This document shows, piece by piece, positions 54,840-64,000 of a stretch of DNA of 64,000 nucleotides. Source of the DNA: Balanoglossus misakiensis (taxonomy: Eukaryota; Animalia; Hemichordata); the NCBI GenBank assembly GCA_040954595.2, contig CM082583.2, positions 7,748,849-7,812,848 of the forward strand. The letters run 5' to 3'. Every line of letters starts with the position of its first letter. Within the stretch, counting starts at the first letter, position 1. Position numbers and translations under genes: made by a program. The notes beneath the pieces are model-generated. The model had not been told where the DNA came from and did no database searches. It saw nothing but the letters and a program-made list of their open reading frames with translations.

Positions 54840-54887
54840 TTTACCCTGTTGAAGTGGGATTACGCCCACGAAACGTCGGATAATAAA
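54840..54887 (+). ncRNA. Near-intact minimal hammerhead ribozyme motif of the Penelope-like pseudo-LTR type (probably inactivated)
   Basis: CTGTTGA-A (core CUGANGA with one change), stem II GTGGG/attacg/CCCAC, GAAA-CG-TC cleavage site, imperfect stem I (ttacc/ggataa), AATAAA at 54882-54887. Confidence 0.5.
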
Positions 54888-56420
54888 ATTAGTTCGTAGT
54901 GAAGAACATTGTGTCCTCTTTCCCTATACATGTCGAATAGCTAAGTATTCATATACAATGTACATCCAAATCCATCGCATCCCATAACGGCTTACTTTCA
55001 TCCTCTACATATTTCCCGTATTCTGTCTGCGCGTGATTTGACAGGTAATATGAGTAAATGCTTCATAGAAAAATAAATCTATCTGGCTAAGCCTTGAGAG
55101 AAAAATGATATAACTGTTTGTTTCGGTTAGAAAGAAATATATTATTAGCTTTGTATCATTGTCATTTGCTGCCAACATATAATATCAATTGATTGCCAAG
55201 GGATCACAGATATTCCCTGCACGCGGCTTTGGTTGGGCATTTTTAACCATTTTGTTGTAAAAATCTATACCTCCCCTCCTCCTTGACATGGTTCTTGCCT
55301 GGAGCGGACAGATGTAGTAAACCACGGCGCGACTGCTCGTTTCCTCTTCGATGAAGGACATTTAAGTTCATTTAAAGTCGACCTTCTTCGCATTTGCCTT
55401 ATGTCGATCAGTAATTGTCTGTTTGTGGATGGAAAAGTCCATTGAACTTCTTAGTCAAAATAAGAGTACTGTATATAGTCGCACAAAAGGCTGCATAGAA
55501 ACGACCAGAGATTTTACCCACAGTGGAAATTGGACTCTTTAACCTTATTCCTGCGCCCATTGCTAATCGAATTCCCTCACAGATAAAACTCTCTGAAACA
55601 TTATTGGGCCGCCCTGGCAAGTATTCCGGCATCGTTTGATTTAATTGTGTCAATTTAGCATGTTCCTATATCTCCAAGGCAACCTGCTGGGCCTCAGTTC
55701 CGCACCTTCCGTTACTTGAATCAATTTTAAGTCTCCGTTTCTCGCCTTCCAGTATTTAGTCAATTGCAATACTCCCATTAAACCGAACACTGTTCGTGTC
55801 AAATTGTCCCGTCTTGATTTTTTTATTTCTTTTTAATCGGCGGACGCATGACACAGCCATACCGCGTCGCGTGTATCTTGAATATTTCATCGTGTATGCT
55901 TCTTAAAACGTTCATTATTTATATGGTTTGCTCTTTAATGCTAACCTTAATTATATTTAAGCGTTGTTGTTTTCCTGTTCGCGGCTGCATAGTATCCGCC
56001 TGTCCGCTATATGGCTAAGCCGTAATTTTCCGCAACGTCGGCCACACACAAAGATGTGTGTGATAACGCGCCTGGAACGCAAATTATGAGATGATGCTGA
56101 ATTTGGATTCGTGCTGCCTCTTTGCAATATTTCCCGTATTATCTTCGTTCTGGACGGCGGAAGAGAATTTACAACAAAAGAACCAATGGTTTTATTGTTT
56201 TGAGGCGCCTGCGTGTCTGGCAACATCGAAAAAAATTGAGCGTACATTTATATTTATGGGCCTACATAATGTGCAAAGGTTTCATGTTATTGACCGCTCC
56301 ACTTTTATTACTATACTGTGTGGTACCGCTCTGGCTTTATTGAGATTTACGGTAGAAGATGTTTATCAATATTTATTACTATTTATGTTACTTCCGTTGA
56401 TAGACTATTTAAAATTACGT

Positions 56421-56505
56421 TTCATTCATTCATTCATTCATTCATTCATTCATTCATTCATTCATTCATTCATTCATTCATTCGTTCATTCATTCATTCG
56501 TTCAT
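56421..56505. repeat. (TTCA)~21 microsatellite
   Basis: Directly visible, with two TTCG variants. Confidence 0.95.
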
Positions 56506-59500
56506 ACGATAGCCACCCTGGAAATGTTAATTTGGGGCGATCCTCGAACGAATTACAGCCGATAAGAAATCGGAGAACGCATGCATGCAAAGAAATTGTT
56601 ATACATCCGCTGTACGCTCATGGATAGCCCACGGAGTCAAGGAGCCCCCCTCGGGAACAATCGCCCACACGACGAAGTATAGTAGATGGTACATGCTTGT
56701 CCAGGTCGACTGTCTGCTGGCGAAGAGGCTTACGGTGTCACATGACCGCCCACCCCCTCCTTAGAATGGTGAGCTTGTATAGAATGTCAAAGTTCAGCCA
56801 TACGATTTCGTCCCTCGAGGTACAGTGGCAACAGCGGAGGGAACCAGCAGTTACCACACAAGTTAACGTTAACAGTGGCGCACGTATACTGGAACACACA
56901 TGTACATACATGTATCGACCTGCACTTCTGATTAGTACTGGTACTCTTCTAATTTAAAACGTTCCCTGTGGTTTAGCTATGGGCCCACAGCTGTCTTGCT
57001 CTATAGATTTCCGAAGGATTCTCGTCTCCAGAATGATATTGCGCCCAATGTTTATGCATTGGCCTCACAAACCCGCACCGCACCTGTCATGTGGTTCAGT
57101 TTAGCAGTCGACCTTCATTGCCAAAGGCACTTGTGAACGACAATGTGAAGCGAAATTCAATAAGCAATCGAACGGAGTCTCTTAATACCCCATTACGCCT
57201 GACGTACACGCACAGGATCGCCGGTAGATGTTGCAGAACGATAGGTCTCAAAAACATATGAGTGTTTGCGCAAAACGTGCGAATTACAGAATTACATTGA
57301 CTTCTCAGCGAGGGTATTTACGCCCGGCGCACACAACAATCGTTATTACTGATGCTGGTACGCGGTGGACCGTTCGTCTGATTGCTTTTGTGGCGAAAGT
57401 AATGCACCAATTCCGTCAGTGTAGACGCCAGCAACTCCATTTAAGTCATAAAATGTTCATGTATCGATTATTTATAATACGATTGTGACACACACCGAGG
57501 TTCACCGTTGGCTCTGTCTATATACCGTGTGGCACCCGCGAGGTACACGATTCGAAGATTTCAGCATAGGCGCCAAAATGTAAGCAAAGTCGAGTGCAGC
57601 GATCAGAACCTCGTGATCACGTCATCATTCTATTTGGTATGTGATTAAGTATCACATATTTGTGTTTCTGTGCATTCGAATGAAATCAAGTCTCAGTTTA
57701 GGTCGCAGCCATCGACGGTCAATTATCAACAACGCCATCAAAGAAAGAAGGTCGCGAAACATTTGCCATTCATCTGTCACTCAAGCGTTCTCCCGTGTGG
57801 TATGTGCAAACGATCTGCGTCAATACTCTGTCCCCCATGCGGTATTATCGCGATTATCCACAAGAAACGCGCGATAATATCACCCTAGCGATATGATTTA
57901 AGCTAACCTTGGCGGGCAGAGTCGCATTTTCTTCCAATCAGTTTACAAATTACAACAATCTGTTGGTATAACTTGGCGTTGGTACTGCGTGTGTGGCTGT
58001 TTGCAAATGTCTTGTCTGTTTGTAAAGGTTCGTCAAATGTGACCCTTGATTTTTGCGTAGATGTTCTTTGAATGTTACATATTCTTAAAGCTTCGGGGAT
58101 TTGATTGGTTGAACCTGCGATTATTTCGACCCACAAAATACATCTTGTAAGACACATGTTTGGGGACAAGCGACTTCTTGGAGACTTGGATAATCAAAAC
58201 TTTACCGGTGGGCCATATTTTGAGAAAGCTATAATCATCACAGAATGATTCGCATAACTTCACCTGGCCCAGGAAGGACGCCTTTGCCAATGAGACAAAT
58301 GACATGAAAACCGGGACCATTAATGTTTCTTCTGGGTTTCCCTTCTGTTCTTTTACGCCTGGGGGCTGGGCACTACATCCATCTCCTCTAATAACTCAAA
58401 ATATGCATTAGCCCGTTGGCAATTACGTAGGAAGGCTACCCTCGACGTTCACCTTACGCAGCATAGATAAATTACTTTAAAATCACCTGGTAATTAGTAT
58501 AATCTCGTAGTGAGTCGAGATTGTTATTTTTTCATTAAAATACGCTGATGCGATTACTGTGAAAATAAATATAATCTAACTAGTTGAGGGAGCTGCGCGC
58601 TACAACATGCAAAAAATTAATCACAAGAATGACGGGAAACGTACGTGACTTTTTGACAAACAAACGTTGTTATTTTTGAACGCGGAAATTACTTCTGCCG
58701 TAATGATCTCCTTTTGTGATCCTCTTGCTTGACTTCCCGTACTTCAGCTCCCGGATGAAGAGAAGTTCTTCACGCTTGCTAAGGTCTGTCCGTTCGCGAA
58801 CAGGTGGATATAAGTAAAAGTTTACAGAGTATTTTCCGATGAAAGAGTTTAGCGCGCGCACTGCTCATCGAGGCTTCAATCAGATTCGCGTTCTTTTTAT
58901 TTTGTCGTTGGATTGTAACGGAGACAAGGGAAATACCAATTTCTGTTATCGCTCGACTGTGTCGGCAGAATGACGAATTCGGATATTACCCAGATCTTGG
59001 CGGCTGCATACAATTGAAAGATCCAAGTTAAATCCGGGATTAACTCTGAAATTCTCCCAGTATCAAAACATACCGCCTGTAAGAACCCCCCTTGTTGATC
59101 ATTTCCGACATTTTTCAGGAGCTTGCTGTGATCAATGTACATTTTATCGTTGTGTGTATAATGCGTCAGGCTCTCACATGTAGCCGAAACACGTTTTACG
59201 TCTTTGACACATTTTTTGTCAATATCACGTAAAACTGTTAATCGTGTGGTTTACACCGTCATCTCGTCAACTGGGTTATTTTCTTACAGGCGGTTGGGTT
59301 AGCTTCACACGAAATGCCATGTCGGTACCTGTAATAAATGTAACGATCGCCGCACATGGATATATAGGGAATAATTATACCGAACAGCAGACGAAGATTA
59401 AAATTGAATTTGGCGATATATAACTTAATACGGTTCCTGATACACTTGTTTTTAGGCAGAAGTAGGACACGTTGCCATTGTGTGAAAGGTGATTTAGTAA

Positions 59501-62500
59501 TAGTGATATTACTAACTTTGTACTTTAACTGCACGAGAACCAGACACGACGCGAAAAAAATGACAGGCCAACATTCACTCACAAATAACCGTATTCATTC
59601 AATGCAGACATGCATCAGCTAATTGCTGACCGGTAAAGGGAAAAGCTTAAATATAGACTTCGATCGCCACGACTCTTGTAAATTAAGTGTGCTTATTGTA
59701 AAATTAAGAGGAAAATGGCGATCAATTCAAACTTCAGATAAACTGTGCGTTCGCCCTGTATGCTGAGGATAGTCTTGGAAATTTCCACCGTTTCAAGCTC
59801 AAAATGACAATAACGCATATTGGAAAGGGGTAGATGCTTTTGCCCGGAAACATAATTGAATTGTGAAATTTACGAGGTTTCTGTTCAGGACCCTTGCAGC
59901 CATTCGTAAATCACGGTCTGCACAACGAGGGAATCGAAGAAAAGAGGTCGCTTTGTATGCCGAGAACGGAGCAGTTATTTTATCATCGCTTCGTTTTGCT
60001 TTTCGCCTTGCGACCTTACCATCGATATTTTGTCGGGTAAAATTAGTCCTAACAGTTGAGAACGAAGGAAAAGAAGGCGGCTTCGGTCCTGGCGCAGCTT
60101 TTATGCGCATGCGTTGTCGGTGATATGCACGATGACATCATTGTTGCGATAAGGAAAAGTTGCTGGGAGGATAGACAGTACACTATAGCAATTTCACTTA
60201 TCTTTTAAATCCCCGAATTCACAGCAGTTGTGTTGCCGTGTCACTATTCATTTATCCTTTTTTTATTAAGTTCAATGTGTCTGTCTTGTTCCAAGTTTTC
60301 GACCACTCCCCTTAGAGTAACCTACTTCTCTTCGCATAAGCTTAATTTTGCCTACACAGTCAAACAAGTGGCACACCGCCATGATCCAATTCTGATCATT
60401 ATGCTGTTTAACAAAATAATTCCCAGGTCACATTTTGCAGGGATTTGTGTCAGCGTATTCAATAGAACGTAATTGATGTCTTCACAACACCGAATTATAC
60501 AGTCTATTTTTAAAAGCGTCTAATTTTGACAAGCAGAGCGAAAACGGTAAGATCCCCAGCGAGTATATTATGGTGACAGTGAACGTTCCATTAACGATCT
60601 TGTTCTCTTTTCATTGAATGGCACATAGCATGTACAAATAGAAATTGTGTGAAACGGCGATGTTGATTCTAATGTAAATGGTAGAGTGCAAACCATTTAA
60701 CGCAAACGCTTTTCTTGAACGAATTTTACTACATGTACTCAAATTCCTGTTGATATCTTGTCAATCTGCCAACGTGTTTACTTTTAGGGTCAGTCAGCTT
60801 AGGTACAGTACTCTGAGAGAGTAACATCACATGAATTTGCAGTTTGTGTGTGTTAGCCGTTTTTGTAAGTATTTTTGTATGTACATTTGTATGTGAATTT
60901 AGTAAACAGCAGTTTCATGACTGAGTCGGTAACTTCATTTTAGATAAATTAACATTCCTCGGACGAATGGGTAAACTGTAAGTGTATACCGTCCATGCGA
61001 ATGTCGGTATGTTTGTCAAAAGTACAGGTCTTGCGAACTTGTGTCTAATTAAGGTGATTGCATTGGCATTCATCTCAACATGAATGGGAAAAATATTTTG
61101 AATGTACAAGGCATTGAGATTGTCATATATTGTCTGCCGCAGTGCTCACGTTAATATCAATATGATTTTTTTCCAGACTTTAATCCACTTGTTTGCCAAG
61201 CCGTATTCAACGTCAGCTTTACGTCATGACGGCACGTCGACTATCACTTCCAAATTAAAGTACTTCTTAAGTCCATCTTCAAGCTGCTGGGATTGACATC
61301 ATGAGAAGTTATCAACGTAATGCGACAACCGATCAGAATTCCATTCAGGTGCAGGCGAACGATGTGTGTTGAAAGTAACATTGCGTTGTCCATTGTCGAC
61401 AGAACTGTAGAATCGCACGTGTAGCAGGGCTGTCTAAGTACAGTGACGTTCACATTGCCTGTCACAGCGAACAGCAGGAGAACCAATAAGTACTATGTCA
61501 AACATATGGTTAATGGAAGGCCCAACAAACCTAAATGACACTGCTCTAAGTAGACACAGCAAACGATACCAGCATGAAAATATGCACAATGTCAACCCAA
61601 AACAGAAATAAATAAAACGACATAAGCTTATTTTGCCATGGTAAATTAACATAATTAGTTCAAACAGGTCATTTGACAATTTTTGTTTGAGGTCAATAAA
61701 TGCAAGGTGTACATCGCCATAATATACTATCACACCTAACATATACATGTACATATAAACCGACAACGCATTTTTCAAAACGCCACTGCGTCAGGAATAG
61801 TGAACAAGAACACCGACACACCCTCCCCTTTTAATTTCTGTCCAGTCCCTTAGGGAAACTTTGGCGACAGAATTGGACTTTTGTGACTGTTCAGATCCGT
61901 TCTCAATCTATTATTTTATTTCCGCCTGGTACTATTCATAGGTGGATCAAGGCTGGCGAAAACGCCATGTGGCGATGGAAACGTTAAAGACTTCGAGCCG
62001 GAAGGTGGCCCATCAGTTCATTTTCTCCATAATTCTGCTGAACAAATATAATCATCGGGGGAAGTGTAAAGCCTCTGAACGTTCCATGCACAAGTCGATT
62101 TGCGGAAGTGTGTTTGATGAATTGCAAGATTATCAACTGGTTATTTTCCTTTCCTTTTTTTTCCTATCTTCACCACGTCCTGTTTGAAATAGTCACTTGA
62201 AAGGGCACGCTGCTTTCATTGACAAATTGCAAATTTCTTAATATCCATGAGACTTCACGCGACCGGAACCGAATAGATAGCGACGGCGGGGCGTTTGTGA
62301 GAAAAAAATACGTCGGTTCAGTGTTTACAGATTTAACGTGTTTGGGCTTTTTGGAATGGGAAATTAAATACACCGCCAAAAAGCCATTACTCTATAGACC
62401 CTGAGCTTCTAATCAGTCCGCCAGAGGCGCGCATTAGTCACGGCACAACCGAAGCGAGAATGCGCATGCCAATTAAGGTTGTATGTGAGAAGAGTGTCAT

Positions 62501-62597
62501 GCAGACTACAAGAGACGCGCGATTGCGTATTTTTGGAATTATCGCGGGGTTAAGGGCGAAGAAGAAATTTTTAACTTTCGCTTTGCGAAAAAAATAG

Positions 62598-64000
62598 CAA
62601 TTTATCGACTTTCCGAAATATCAAAATTTCTTCATTTTTTCGAAAAAACCATGGGTTATAGCCCATGAAAATCGTCCAAAAATGACAATTTTTCGACTTT
62701 CCGAGATATCAAAATTTCTTCATTTTTTCGAAAAAACCATGGGTTATAGCCCATGAAAATCGTCCAAAAATGACAATTTTTCGACTTTCCGAGATATCAA
62801 AAATTCTTCATTTTTTCGAAAAAACCATGGGTTATAGCCCATGAAAATCGTCCAAAAATGACAATTTTTCGACTTTCCGAGATATCAAAATTTCTTCATT
62901 TTTTCGAAAAAACCATGGGTTATAGCCCATGAAAATCGTCCAAAAATGACAATTTTTCAACTTTCCGAGATATCAAAATTTCTTCATTTTTTCGAAAAAA
63001 CCATGGGTTATAGCCCATGAAAATCGTCCAAAAATGACAATTTTTCGACTTTCCGAGATATCAAAATTTCTTCATTTTTTCGAAAAAACCATGGGTTATA
63101 GCCCATGAAAATCGTCCAAAAATGACAATTTTTCGACTTTCCGAGATATCAAAATTTCTTCATTTTTTCGAAAAAACCATGGGTTATAGCCCATGAAAAT
63201 CGTCCAAAAATGACAATTTTTCGACTTTCCGAGATATCAAAATTTCTTCATTTTTTCGAAAAAACCATGGGTTATAGCCCATGAAAATCGTCCAAAAATG
63301 ACAATTTTTCGACTTTCCGAGATATCAAAATTTCTTCATTTTTTCGAAAAAACCATGGGTTATAGCCCATGAAAATCGTCCAAAAATGACAATTTTTCGA
63401 CTTTCCGAGATATCAAAATTTCTTCATTTTTTCGAAAAAACCATGGGTTATAGCCCATGAAAATCGTCCAAAAATGACAATTTTTCGACTTTCCGAGATA
63501 TCAAAATTTCTTCATTTTTTCGAAAAAACCATGGGTTATAGCCCATGAAAATCGTCCAAAAATGACAATTTTTCGACTTTCCGAGATATCAAAATTTCTT
63601 CATTTTTTCGAAAAAACCATGGGTTATAGCCCATGAAAATCGTCCAAAAATGACAATTTTTCGACTTTCCGAGATATCAAAATTTCTTCATTTTTTCGAA
63701 AAAACCATGGGTTATAGCCCATGAAAATCGTCCAAAAATGACAATTTTTCGACTTTCCGAGATATCAAAATTTCTTCATTTTTTCGAAAAAACCATGGGT
63801 TATAGCCCATGAAAATCGTCCAAAAATGACAATTTTTCGACTTTCCGAGATATCAAAAATTCTTCATTTTTTCGAAAAAACCATGGGTTATAGCCCATGA
63901 AAATCGTCCAAAAATGACAATTTTTCGACTTTCCGAGATATCAAAATTTCTTCATTTTTTCGAAAAAAACATGGGTTATAGCCCATGAAAATCGTCCAAA
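62598..64000. repeat. 88-bp tandem satellite array, about 16 copies, truncated by the window end
   Basis: Unit TCGACTTTCCGAGATATCAAAATTTCTTCATTTTTTCGAAAAAACCATGGGTTATAGCCCATGAAAATCGTCCAAAAATGACAATTTT recurs every 88 bp (62605, 62693, ...). Only a handful of substitutions are visible. Confidence 0.99.

Noticed and set aside
56091-56627. 178-aa ORF on +
   Set aside because: Kept open by the stop-free TTCA microsatellite; no homology.
59165-59195. GGCT-loop-AGCC-GAAACACGT hammerhead-like half
   Set aside because: The CUGANGA core is absent.
62419-62435. CTCF-like CCGCCAGAGGCGC near the satellite edge
   Set aside because: One base short of the core spacing; could occur by chance.
62598-64000. 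CRISPR array, coding repeat or CENP-B box in the 88-bp array
   Set aside because: Inter-palindrome segments are identical rather than unique spacers, and there are no cas genes. 88 is not a multiple of 3 and no ORF is listed. TTCG....A..CATG lacks the CGGG needed for a CENP-B box.

Overview
AT-rich, gene-poor eukaryotic DNA, most likely from a marine invertebrate. An invertebrate deuterostome is an inference from the receptor type and repeat content. It is not prokaryotic, and there is no operon or CRISPR array. Well supported: (1) one intronless class A GPCR (37352-38437, +) of the somatostatin/MCH/urotensin-II/opioid branch, with a correctly spaced TATA+Inr promoter and two uORFs; (2) a solitary tRNA-Asn(GTT) (53298-53371, -) with a duplicated Pol III terminator; (3) the left edge of a very homogeneous 88-bp satellite array (about 62598 to the window end); (4) several long microsatellites; (5) decayed retroelement fragments (Rex1/L2-type LINE, Penelope-like RT, CORE-type SINE). 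Nearly all other ORFs in the track look spurious. I found no clear-cut new multi-gene system. The best leads are the MCHR/SSTR-mosaic receptor with two atypical switch residues, the palindrome-rich 88-bp satellite that may sit inside a TTAA-targeting transposon, a near-intact Penelope-type hammerhead ribozyme, and a P-element-like excision footprint. All protein-family comparisons are from recalled consensus motifs, not database searches.
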